This document shows, piece after piece, positions 13,308 through 26,375 of a DNA stretch of 64,000 bases (positions within the stretch are counted from its first letter, which is position 1; each line of letters opens with the position of its first letter). Below the pieces are notes generated by a model that saw nothing but the letters and a program-made list of their open reading frames with translations, did not search any database and was not told the origin of the DNA. This DNA comes from Phoronis australis (taxonomy: Eukaryota; Animalia; Phoronida): the NCBI GenBank assembly GCA_002633005.1, contig NMRA01000070.1, positions 62,001 to 126,000 on the forward strand. Reading direction: 5' to 3'. A program made the translations under genes and the position numbers.

Positions 13308-15518
13308 CCCAGTGGAAATAGCATCCAAACTTCTACAAACAACTCGTTACAGAAGTTTCTAGTAAAAATTCTTCAATTTGGTACAAATATAATTGCTAAA
13401 ATTGCCATATTTCTATTTTTCTGATGTTAACCACATTGTGACGAATGCTCAAATGTTGCTTGACAATAGCTACACTGTACCAACCATCTCAAAAGCAAAG
13501 TAGTTTGTCCTGACAAAAAAAATCACCTGTCTTGCCATATTTTGTCCCAAACTAAAAATTTTTTACCATTACTTGTTTTGACACCAGTTTTCACCAAAAA
13601 AAATTCCTGGTGAAAATTACTCCACTGTCGATTGCTTGTCTGTCAGGCTACTTGTTTGAACATAGTATTCACTCAAGATGGCGAAAAAGAGCTTGCAAAA
13701 ATGCCCGTTTTACCTAGTTCGTGAGCGGGGTACGAGATTGTCTGTTCTCTTGGCAGCTTAAAGTTCTTAATGCATTCCACAACTGACGTCTTTCCTGATG
13801 TGTAAAGTTTTTAAAATGCCAGAAGCTTGAGATAAAGCCAATGTGAATATATTGATGTATTGTACATTAGCATTGACTCTTATTTGTTGTTTTGGTATTT
13901 GTAAATAAATGAGAATCAATTGGTTGTCTGCCTTGGTGAGTGATCCTTTGGCATCAGAAATGCACTTAAAACTGGCTGAAAGCTGTGTTAGTGTACTGCA
14001 GATGGTGAAGTCATTCATGTCTGGGAAGACTGTCTGGCTGGAATGTTCTGGTAGGAATTCTGCTCTTCATGTAAACCATGTCATGCAGGCCAGGTCAATA
14101 CTTGTATATCCTTAAAATGCCAGTTTCTTTCAGGAATATCAAAAAGTCAGTACTTAATTGTGCTGTCATTGTTTAAACTAAATATTTGGCATTTACAAAC
14201 CTTTCAATGGCAATTCCATGTTGATTTATTTCCCCATGTTCCAAATAATTACATTTTAGTCACCAACAAGAATGGTTCTAGTTTTCCCTTACTAAACCTT
14301 AACAATGCTTGGTACATGCGGTATTGAAGGGCACTGGGTCAAATCCCTGTCGATGATTGGTATTGATGTAACCAGAACTTCTCAGTAATATGTTTCAGTT
14401 GATTACCTAATTTGCTCAATTTGTGTGCAAACTGTGGGAAGCTACAATCGCTACTGTTTGGATTAGGAAAATCCAGTAACTGCATTATAGATGAATGCAA
14501 TTACCTTATGAAAATTTATGAATTTTGTATCGAAATTGACTGTCCTACTATGGTGATGGACATATGTCTCAACCCAAGTGTAGGTGGAGTCTCCTTGCCT
14601 AAACATTGATGATGTGTGCAGTAAAATGTCACCAATTTCGGAGAAAAAGAAATGCTAAAATTGCCCTTTTCTCATTTTTCAAGGGTTTGAACGTGAAAAA
14701 GTGTGATGGTGCCTCACATCTGTCATGTTGAAATGAGAAAATAAACTTTCACTTAAATTTCATTGTCGTCCATATTCAACAATGCAGTGGTTAAAGAATA
14801 GTTTGGACAATGAATTTATTTTTCTAAAAATCTGTTGCGATGGCTCGTGCATTTTTACCATATAAGTGTCAGATTCATTTGTGCTTTGTCTTTTATGTGT
14901 GACAGGTGAGATCAGACATTCCTTGTATTCCACTTTGTTGCTAGAAGTAGCCCAGATGCTAGATTATTTATTAGTCGTGGTTAATAATTGAATACCGTTT
15001 AGTTTACAATCAATAGTATCACAGACAAAAAGATGGATAAGAATACTTGAGTATCCAAGACAGCCCCTGCTTCTGAGGGTGTTTGTGGCCTTACTGTTTG
15101 ATGCTAAATACACAACTGCTAAACATCTGTCAACATGTCATTAAATAAACTAGGCAGTTTCATGCTCAAACGTATCTACTAGAAGTGTAGACACTTATGA
15201 ATTGACATGGTTTAAATACTAATTCGAGAATTGGTCATGGTAAAATAATTGCGAAGATTCATTTTTGTCATTAAATTCTGAAACTTGAATTCTGTAATGG
15301 TGGTCGTGGTAGGGAACTTACAGATTATGTTCGTAGCATTTAGATGGTGCAACGTCTGAAAAAACAACATTTTGCGTGTCTGCCATACTGTGACCTAAAT
15401 TTGTGAGATTTATTCTATGTTTAATATAATAAGCTATAACAAATCCTGGAGCTATTATAGTTCAATTCATCGAATTTATATTTATAGAAAATTATAGTTT
15501 TTAGTAACTCATTTAGCA

Positions 15519-15972
15519 GTGATTTCCCACTAGAGGAGAAGCTTAACTTCAGTGAGAAAGGTTAACTCCTGTAGTTCAAGTGCAAATGGAACTTCGCTGG
15601 AAATAGGTAGGATTTAAAAACAAGGCTTCGGTAATCATTGAAACTTCGCTGTAGTGGGGAAAGCGCGGAGCGAAGCTTTGGTGAAGTTAACAGTAGAGGT
15701 CGCGGCCACGATATACGATCTCGCGAGATTATCCCACTGTGAAAAACACTTTAATGAAGAACAACTCTGATCATTTTAATAATCACTAGTAAATGGTGGT
15801 AATACAATTTTCAGTTTGCCTCGAAGGCTTGAACTCAACCCCTCTATGATGTCTGGTGTTTATGTTACTCGGGTGTCTAGGGATAACTTTGATATGCTGT
15901 CTAGTGGGAAAGGTCAGCGAAGTTTCGGCAAAACATCAGTAAACCAAAGCTCCACTACGGGATACTTTGACC
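15519..15972. mobile_element. MITE family A, copy 2
   Basis: Shares aggatttaaaa.caa.gctt, gatatacgatc.c.cgaga and ctgtctagt.ggaaaggt blocks with 9108-9503. Confidence 0.72.
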
Positions 15973-18900
15973 TTAGTTGGATTGTATGAAACTGTGTTCA
16001 TTGAATGAGCCCCTGTTCTGTCTTGCATTGGAAGCATAACCATACTGGTGAAAGCTTGATGACTGATGTTGGTGTAATCAAGACTTACTTATTGGGTTAT
16101 AGTTATTTTTGACTTCTTCAGTAATTGGATGAGTAAATTTGTTGTGGTTTACTGGTTAGCCTAGCGCTATAGCTCAAATGATATTTGTGACTAATCTTTA
16201 TGTACAAATTAAGCGATGACAGAAAATGGATGATGAAATTAATTTTATATCGATAAGATTTAAAAACTCCAGCATCTACTAAGTATTGTTTGAAGATTGC
16301 ACTTGAAAAAGCTAACAACTACATGTATTTTTATCAATACTTGTAAAACTAGGCTTGTCTTTCATATTTCATAGTTTATACTTATGTACACGTTTTTGAT
16401 TTTTATCAACACTTCCTTCTAGAAATAAGTTCAATATACTTCTTATCTCGTCATGTTCCATAGTTTATACTTCCGCAGCGCCTGTTAGATTGTGTTTGAT
16501 TGAATTTCATAGCACCTAAGGAATGGTTATCTACACATACTATGGTTATCTTCCATAGTGCAAGTGTCCTCAATGTTCTATTCAGAGCCCTTTAAATATC
16601 AACCATTTGATTTGATTGTTTGTGTAGTGTTAGGGGTATTGCCAAACTGTTGTTAGAATTGATTTCTGACATCGGCTCATAAAAACTCTATTTTTAGCCC
16701 TCTTGACACTACTAAATCTTAACTAATGAAACATGTCCAGGATTCAAATATCATTCACTGACCCCTGTAAATCCGTTTTATGTTTGGTATGAGGTCACGG
16801 TTTTACTTGTACGGTAGGTGTACATTGTACATACCTGGTGATTGTGGCCTAGAACATATCCTCAACATATCATGGGCATTGCATCCCTATTGTCTGTGTC
16901 ATCCTATATTGTTCAGTGATCAGTATCTGATAAACCAATTTCTTTCATTGCCAATCCCTGAAGCCTTACAGGTATACTTGGAAGCTCATTATGTTGTTTT
17001 CCTTGAGTGACGTTACGGTAGTTCGCCCCCTATTTGGAACAAAAATCATTGCGAAAATTGTCATATTTCTATTTTTCAAAGTGTGACCATTTTGCTGGAA
17101 ATAGAAACTTAACCAAATGTCATTTCATTGCAATTATATTTTCTAAATGGTTATTTTTGTTGAGAAATTTAGCGATATAAAATTTTACTCGTCTGCCGTA
17201 TTATGTGATCAATATAAATAGATGAATAACTATGGTTATCATTGATCGACCAGTATGCAACGCAGGACTGAACTGTTGCAGAACAGCAAATTACCACTCA
17301 CCAGAAATGTGTTGTTTCTCCTCCCTGCAGTCTCTGCTCTGGTATTCAGGCATTTCATAAACCCGCTCTGCATGTAATAAAATGTCTCAGGGTCTCAGCT
17401 TCCTGTTTCCTCCTATCATGCGAATTCCACATTCTATTAGTGGCCTTGTGAATTAAAGTTGGAGGAAATGTGTGAAGTGAAAACATAGGTGTGGATTTGA
17501 TGACGATGGTGCTCTCAACTTGGATTTCCTGTGACCTGTGTTTCACCATCTCATTACATTTGGCAACCCGTCATACTCAAAACAAATTGTGGCAACATAT
17601 CAATCATGTTTTATCAAATGGTCCAGTTTTTACTAGAAGCCTCCTGTCATTAAAATGGAGTACTTGTGTGTGTACTTATTTTTGTTGCTAGGATCGTTGA
17701 GATGTAGATCTTTGGTGTCGCTATCCTCTTGCATTCTTGTTTGTTCCTTACGGACTGTTATTGTTTATTGCTCATGTTTTCAGAAGTTACAGATCGATAT
17801 GTTTATGACGTTAATCAAAAGGTAGTGTAATTAATTGATAGTCGTAATTGTCTCCCCTGCGGTTCGGATTGCATGTTTTGCTGAATGTTCTTTGATAACT
17901 TAACAGTTGAAAAATATTACTTTTACCTGCATGGAAAAGTACATCTGATGTTGATAAAAGCAAGCGAGAGCAGACTTTATATTTATTTTAAAGTACATCT
18001 GGATAATCTAAAACAAAGGGAAATATATTCACCTGCATGGACAATAGCATTTCACAAATATTGTTTTTATTTTCTTGCATAGTAAAATACATGCACGTGT
18101 TCCTAAGCATTTAAACATGGAGCATATGCGACTGACAGCACATGTGACTGACCTTAGCGGAATGTTGTCCAACTACCCGATACACTTTCTTATTTCTCAT
18201 ACTAGACCACCAGTGAACTCTAAGTCATTTGTGCTAGGACATAGCTCACCAGAGCACCTAATGTTGTCACCCATCTTAAGATTTTCGATTTAACCGCCCA
18301 CTGCTCAGTTAAGCGCCCCCTGTGATTTTTGAAGACTTCCAGTTAAGCGCCCACCTCTTGGTTAAGCGCCCATCCCCAGCTTTTAAAGAATGAAGATTTA
18401 GCGCCCAGTGCTAAGGAAACGCACGATTCCCCTACTTTTAGAAAAAGATCAATGATCACAATGAGCGCAACGATGCAGGGTGCCTCGGCGCATTTACAGG
18501 AGGCGCAGTTGACTTGAAGCACCTGACATGGAACAGCTGATCGGGTGCAAGTATATGAGTAAAAAACGACCAACAAGGAGCATATTGGCACCTCGGTAGC
18601 CATATTTGTCACCGGTTTGAGAGGTAGAGCAAGTTGCCCATGATCAGATATTCCTTTCTCGACAATGTGTCTAAACAGGGGCGAGGCGGAAGGGGTCATC
18701 TTGTATTGTGCTTGTGCATTAGCATACATATGGGTGGCACCTCGTTTTGAATGTTTGCCATGGTTAACAGAATATGCGCAGATTGTTTTTTGTATAATTG
18801 TCCTCCATGCTGATTCAATGGGCAATAATGCTGTGTAAATGCGACTGAAGTGGAGCAACTTCCGCCATGACAACTTGCGCCGTGCCAAGTGTTCTTCGTG

Positions 18901-20513
18901 TAAAAATGGTTTGAGAGTACAATGCGAAACAACCTTTGGTACCTGCTGTGTCTGTTTGAATTGATCAGATAGCTGTGAATGAAGCTTGCCCTGCGTGCAA
19001 CACACCTGTGCAGATGAACTCTATTGTACGGGCCTGCTCCAGGGAAAGATATAGGCTTAAACTCATGCTTGTTCATGAAGCATCTTCTGAAGTAATTTCG
19101 TTTCAGTTTATTTTTAAAATGGTAAAGGTGTACTTTCAAAGCTGGGTATTAACTTGAGAATTTGGACTTGTGCTTGCCATGGCTTTGGCCAGACTCAGTT
19201 CTCTGTGCAGTCTCCGTGGAAATGACGATTACCTTTCCAGAGCATAGTCAGCCACGAACTTTCTTTCTGTACCAGAAGAGGTCATTTGTTACAGGCAGGC
19301 ATGAACATATTGCGTGATAGTGCTCGAATTACCCATTGTTTCCATGTAAAGCATATGAAGATTGACGCACTACGTCAGAGAGCAATGCAATGATATGATT
19401 GGCTAATAATGCTATGACCCAATAACCAGCTCTGAGAAACTGGCAGAGCTATACTGAAGCAACATACCGTCTGCAAATTCTTCTATGTTCTGCAAAACAC
19501 TTTTGTATACTTGTGAAAATATTTTTTTTGAATAAAAAATGAAAAAAAATTATCTTGGCACATTTTTGGGCGGGGATGATAAATATGTTTATGTTTACAT
19601 CCTGTTAGTGTTGTTGTGTTATTGTAACATATACTTGTACTGTATGTTTTCTCGTTATGCGATTTGAATATGAAGCCTGTAATATTGAATTCTCGTGCTT
19701 TCCTCTCTGACATGAGCCTGGGTCATCTTTCACGTCAACTGACGCCTGTGGCGAGATAAGTCTGTCGCCAATTAGCGAGTATGTCTATTAAGGCCATTAA
19801 AAACAAATAAAACATGTGTTCTACAAAGCTTGTCTCAAGAAAAATTGGGTGCCTAGATACTAATTGTTAAAAAAGTCTTTACATTTCCTAGCATTCTGCT
19901 GATATAGATTCCATTTCGGTTTTCGTATTAAACTGTTGGTACAAGATATGTGCACCTGCCCTATGAGTTTTGAAATAAACGTTTTTGTTTTGTTTGTTTG
20001 TCTGCACCTGCTTTTGGTCGTTCTCCCAGTGAGCCATAGAAAGTATTACCTGAGGCTGTTTCTGTCGTGTAGCCTAAAAATTCTCCAATTTGGGTCATTC
20101 TCTAGAATTTGGGACATGGAAACTTCCGCAAAAATTGAATTTTCTTGATTCTGGAATTTGGGACAAAGGCGATTTTGAAAGTAAGAGGTGGTTAATTTTG
20201 TCCTTTTTCTGGTCATTCTTAAATTTAGTACATCTAGTATTGCCTATTTCTGGAATTTGGGACAAGCTTTTACCTTGAGCGAAATAATGAATTTTTCACT
20301 GTGCCAAAGTGGCGAAATCTTACCACACTCATGATTTGTATGTCTTAAAAAAAGGATTATGGTAAGGACACGTCATTGGTCATGATCAAAGTTACAAGTA
20401 ACATTGGTGCACATGATTTTAGTAAATTTGACAAAAAATGCAAATCTGCGGATCCTGAAAACAATGAAGTGAACAACTCCATTTCAACTGTAACTACCCT
20501 AGAAGGAGTTATT

Positions 20514-20922
20514 CCTGGGCCCGGTCTCTAATCTTTGTACTCGAAACGAACTCGAAACTATTTTTGGCAATTTCTCTGCTCCTTTTGTGCAAACTTAAGA
20601 TAATTGGTTATCAGACTGTGCTCGAATACATTATAGTTTATGCATAGGAGTTTCTAGTTCAAGTTCGCCCTTGAAGACTCTTATATTCGTGCTACAAACT
20701 CGAGTAAAAACTCGAAATTTCGAGTTCAAACTCGAACTTATTGCTTTAATATTGGGTTTACAAACTGTGAACTAAGGGCAATAAATTATTTACGTAAGTT
20801 ATTGTGTATTCGAGCATAGAATAATAGACACTTATCTTGAGCTCGCCCAAAATTAGAGTAGAAAATGCCAAACCTAATTTCGAGTTGCATTTCGAGTAAA
20901 AAGATTGGAGACCGGGCCCAGG
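20514..20922. mobile_element. PIF/Harbinger-like MITE nested in an older repeat
   Basis: Perfect inverted termini cctgggcccggtctc / gagaccgggcccagg. The flanks join into a sequence similar to 60609-60700. Confidence 0.85.
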
Positions 20923-22054
20923 TGCAAGTTGCCACTAGGTTTAAGGGCTGTGTGGACGCTATTTAAACTAATGTAACTTATGGTATTTGTGACAACCTAC
21001 TCCACTTTAGTCTTTAAGAAAAGCATAGATCTGTAGCAGAAAATGACAAACATTAAGAGTTTCGCAAAGTGTTATTTAATTAAACAACTTTTTAATAAAT
21101 ACAATTCGCGTACCAATTGGTAAAAAACGCGAAATTAGCAACATACAAACATAGCCCAAAGCATGTACACAGAAAGATGGTGCCCAGAATGACCCTAGTT
21201 GCAACGAAGTAGATGTACACATTGGTGTGCAAGTGTGTAATAATATTTCACTGATGACTGCACTCCGCTGACTGTTAGTAACAGTTCGTTTCTTTGGTCG
21301 CAAGTACTGGAGTCATCCAACCATTTACACCTGTCTTTGATAAATCGTTTCAAGCCTTTGTGACACTTATATACAACATTTGTTTGTAAACCTTTGCTTT
21401 AAAAACTGACCTTGTATGATACAATAATATTGGCTGTTATCGTGGCTAGTAAATTGCTTTTTGTACGAGTGCAGTTCAAAAGGTATTATACGCCAAGCTC
21501 TTTTTAATGTGACCATCGCTTACTGGCAAATTTTTGGTAATTTGTATTGACATTTGTATGCAATTGAGGAAATGTCCATGTAGCTTCAGGTAATGAAAGT
21601 CATTTGCAAGTCAAAGTCCTAGAAAATTGCCTAGTCCTTGGCTAAGTCAGTGTAATTATGCGTTATGTGGTTTTTGACTTTTGTAGGCTCCTCCAGATGT
21701 GTGGGATTGAATAGCTTGGACCAGAACCAAAAATTACTCGTTATTAGTTTAATGTGACTGATTTTAAAATATAACAACTTTTATGTGAGTGTTTGTGCAA
21801 CTTAGATGCAAGCCAAAAATTCAAAACCATAGCGTTTCGCCTTTTTGTTTCTGACTTCCACTAACATCAAGCTTTCATTGTGTGACAATTGGTCACTGGG
21901 AAAGCTCTACTGATATCTCTCGTTGAAATTGCAACTTTGTGATCAACTAGGACCTGCATTCGGTGGAGTCAGTTTCTTGCATGAAAAGCAAGATCATGCA
22001 AGGGAAACGCATGTATTTTTCAAGTAAAAATATGGATCTTGTGAGCGCCTCTGA

Positions 22055-22910
22055 TATGGCGTGTTATGTGTTGCAAAATTCAATGTTCAAAAAATTAGGT
22101 TTAATGTAATCATGTGTATTCGATACCTTATATTTATATTTGATCTTATAGTATGTACATTTGATGTCAAATATTTGTATTCCATAATGAAAATACTTAT
22201 GTGCGATAACTTAGTTTTTTGTTTGATGTTTCATTTTATATGTTCGATGTTTCGTTTTATGTGTTCGATGTTTCTTTTGATATGTTCAATAACGGAATTA
22301 TGGGTATTATGAAACAACGTCCCTGATTGGTTCCTGGAATTAAATAAATGGCGGCTACCGAAGAAGAGTTGCTTCCTCATTTTTTCGACAATTTAGCCCA
22401 TTTCATCGATATTTGTGAACACGAATTCAGTTCAGGCGATTCAGAGGTGGTTAATGATGCTATGCAACAGATAGATGCCTATTTATACGCCCTTAAGTCC
22501 ATTGACGAGCGATTTCGCGAGGAACTCGGTTCTGACCCTAACCAGCCAACAACAAACCAAGCCCAGGGTGAATCAACAAGTTCCACTACGCGCGGGTAAA
22601 TAACGTCTCAACACAGCTGACCAATCACAGCCGTCGTTTCAATTTACCCAGAGTTCCATTATCGAATGTAACCGGAAAACATCGTACAGAAATTTTCAAA
22701 ACATTGAATACAATAGTAATGAACATTGAATACATATAATCTTATGAAACATAAATATAGATAACATTGAATATAAGATCAAATATAAATATACGAAGAT
22801 CAAATATAAATATAAGAAGATCAAATATAAATATAAGATATCCAATACATATAATTACATCAAACCTAATTTTTTTGAACATTGAAATTTGCAACACATA
22901 ACACGCCATA
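22055..22910 (+). mobile_element. Non-autonomous IS3EU-like DNA transposon with long TIRs and an internal 83-aa ORF
   Basis: TATGGCGTGTTATGTGTTGCAAA..TTTGCAACACATAACACGCCATA termini, ~270-bp TIRs and a perfect 6-bp TSD ctctga (22049-22054, 22911-22916). Confidence 0.85.
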
Positions 22911-23615
22911 CTCTGATGTGATTGTTTGGCAAAGCTGGAATGCTGAATTATGGGGGAAATTCATTTTCAGTTCTAAGAAGGAGGATTTTCAGCTACAAAT
23001 ATTTCAAGAGTCTTGCAGGGTAGCTTGTCATCAGTCAGTGTATCAGGCAAATGGTAGAAATTGATAACTTGACTTAAATTCCACCAAATTTTTATTTATT
23101 TGGGTTGCAAGGCGGAATATTCCAAAAAAAGTGGAGATAGCTCCTGCGGAATGAACAAGTGCTTTCTGTTGAAATGTTCTGTCTTGTCTTGTAGTGTTTG
23201 TTGGACTGACGTTCAGCGCCATCTACAGTTAACTTGTGAAGGTAGATGTAATGCAGCAGGATTGTCCAGCATATACATATTTACCGTAACATGTCAAAAA
23301 TAACATTCCCTGCAGTCGGAACCTTGTCAGATTGCCAACTCGTAGTGCAGTTTTCACCTAACAATGGCTGATGTGGCCGAAATAAACCATATTTGTTTTC
23401 ATCCATTTGGCTTGTTTTCACCCAACAACTTGTGAGATTGAAACAACAGGAAGTCGCTTAGGACCTCGTGCTACTCGGAACGGTTCTTCGTGATCTTTGC
23501 TATCAGCACTGACTGTGAAGTGTTGGTAGTGACTAAGTATAGTTTGTTGTCCTTTGTTTTCCTTTGTTGTCCTGTTTCAACCAATAGAGAGGTTAAATGT
23601 ATGTGGTGCTACATT

Positions 23616-24534
23616 CAAGGTACCTAAATTACACGGTTAACGGACTCATAAACATGGTCACGGACGCATGAACACGACTCACGGACCTACAAACACCGTC
23701 CACTGACTTACAAACACGGGAACAGCTTCACAAAACATGATCCATTCACCCAAATACACAGGACACGGACTCATATTCACGAGGAAACACGGTTAACGGA
23801 CCGCCAAACAAGGGTCACGGACTCATCGGCTTCCTGTGTCAGCTGACGTCTACATTTTGTCCGTAAACCGTGTTTGGCGGTCCGTTAATCGTGTTTCTTC
23901 GTGAATGTGGGTCCGTGTCCTACATGTATTTGGGTGTATAGATCATGTTTTGTGAGTCCGTTCCCGTGTTTGTAGGCTTAACTCCGGTCTGAGCGGAGCG
24001 TCGACGTAAACAGCGCAGTTAACTGGACCGTTCATACTGGCTTCGGTTGTTAATGACCATCGAAGTAAAGGGTTGGTGACCCTGACGTCATCGAAGTTAT
24101 CGCAAGGTAGCACTGCACGCTAAGATTTTTTTCAATGTGACAATTTGGAACATTTAAATGTGCTAAATGACATGAAACTCATTTTTAAATCGATTGGTTA
24201 TCATTAAACCCAAAAATAAGTAGTTATTAGTGATGGCACTACTCTGTAACTGTTGATGATAACAGTGGCACCTGGCGATAACTTCGGAGTTAAGCGTTCA
24301 TACTGCACCACAGCGTCGACGCTGCGGTCTTAAATCCACCTATTAACTGGAGCTCTTAACTGCGATCCAGGACCGGAGTTAAGCGTTCATACTGACCGCA
24401 ACTCCCCAAACCATCGACGCGTCGACGTTAGTATGAAAGGCCCTTGTGAGTTAGTAGACGGTGTTTGCTGGTCTGTGAGTCGTGTTCATGCATCCGTGAC
24501 CGTGTTTATGAGTCCGTGTAGTTTAGGTACCTTG
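23616..24534. mobile_element. Foldback/MITE with CAAGG termini and 6-bp TSD, interrupted by a nested element
   Basis: TIR caaggtacctaaa(t/c)tacacgg; arms are inverted almost to the centre (~23840); TSD tacatt at 23610-23615 and 24535-24540. Confidence 0.88.
23974..24444. mobile_element. PIF/Harbinger-like MITE nested in the right arm of 23616-24534
   Basis: Right end agtatgaaaggccct; left end agg|cttaactccggtc (internally deleted TIR); 3-bp TSD tgt. Confidence 0.75.
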
Positions 24535-26217
24535 TACATTTGTGGCAAGGTAGGTTTATTACTGGAAGCAGTGAAATTTTTCTCAATGCTTTAGAATTTT
24601 GGAAATTGAATTGCTCACAGCCCTTAGTAGGTATTGGGTTGGTGATTTCTTTCAGAGATTAACATCTGCTACACACCCATGTGGAATGTGTTTGTCTTAA
24701 GGTCGCCCATTGTTTGTGGGTGTTGCCCTTTGACACACATTTACTTCACTGGGGAATATCCCCAGTTAAACTGTAATCACTTAGTTTTGCTGGAAACTGC
24801 ACATCTGGTTTTAATGATAGTTCCTCTATTGACCACATGTGTTCATCCCCTGTTGCAAGGATCATTTATGAATGGCTTGGCTGTATGATTGATTTCAGGA
24901 TGAATGTACAGGACCAGGAAAATAGATTATTGAGGTTTTAGCTCTGTTCTCCGTTTAAATTGAGGTACTTTGCCAATTGATGCTATTTGGTCAAATTTTC
25001 ATTGAACGTGAGTTCATACAGCCCTACCTCATTGCAGACAAACGTGCACTGTAAAATGTTACCGAATCTCACCAATTTCAAATACAACATGGCGGACAAG
25101 TGGAATTTTGTTATTCATTTTTTCTGTAGATAACTTGGTGTGGGTGCTAAGCTGAGGTGGAAATTTCAGGAGTGTATTTTTAAGCCAAATATGGGTGTTC
25201 ACTTGAATGAATACGGTAAACCAACTCTTATTTGACGCCATAATTTCTTTAGTAATACCACGTTTGAAATCTAAAATAAGCTTATTTGAAGGTCTGTTGT
25301 GTGTTGCTTAATCCACGTAAGTGTTCACAACATTAAGAACATTCGCTGTACAAAAAGCTAAGGTGAAGGTCACTGTATGCATCAGGGTTATCTTGGCAAT
25401 AACTTGCTTCGAGCCTCAACCTACCTACCAATTCAGGTCGACTATGGGAACGAGACGACTAGTTAAAGTAGTAACTTAATTTGGTTCTCAGGACTCTTAC
25501 TGTGACGTCATTCATAAATTGTCGCTGTGAAGGAGACGAAGCCTTAACTTTGATGATGACAGCGACACCTATTGTTCAGTTCGATGTCTGTTAACTACCG
25601 CATCCAGTATGTCGGTTCTATTAACTTCGCTGTTTATATCGACACTCCTCTCGTACCGGAGTTGGGCCTTAATTAAAGAAGTCGGTGAAGTGAAGTTATA
25701 TTATACAGATTAACAAAAGCATATCTGAGTGATCTGTTTAGAATTCCCGAGTGCAACCAAACGATACGCTGGGATCATTTCTTAGACTGAACTCGCGCTT
25801 CTATTCGTTGACTATGAAAGTACGTTCTTGCATCTATTCATTAGAAGGTACTGTTTCTGGCAGTGATACAAATTGTTACAGACCAATTTGTCAGCAAGGA
25901 TTTAATTATCTTGTATTCATTATGACTTGCTGAGATGCTAGTCATATCTCTGTAATGCCACACTTCAATTACTCTCCCATTCATTAGACTGTGAATAATC
26001 TCTGCTGAACATGTGTCTGTGACATGGCAGTGTAGACATGAGTGTGGTGGAGGACTATTTGCTGGGTTGAACTCCTGCTCAGTCATCAATTCTCATCAAA
26101 TATTTGTCTACAATGATGAAAATTTGCTGAATATCACTGGCCACCGGGGTACACTTTTAACGTCCTCTCCCAATTTCCCCTCAACACCCACCGTCAGCTT
26201 AGTGCCCAATCTCAGAA

Positions 26218-26375
26218 TTAATCTATCGCTAGGATTTTGAATGACGGCTTAACTGACCAATCAGAACGCAGCATTCTTGACATACCTTGTTTCCAAGTCG
26301 CCATCTTTCTGGACAAAAAACGTGTTACCAGATAAAACTTGTTGTTTGTTTGTCGACATTTCGCAAGGGCGCTCA
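26218..26375 (+). mobile_element. Family B, partial copy
   Basis: ctatcgctaggattttgaatgacggcttaactgaccaatcagaacgcagcattcttgaca is nearly identical to the 36845 copy. Confidence 0.72.
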
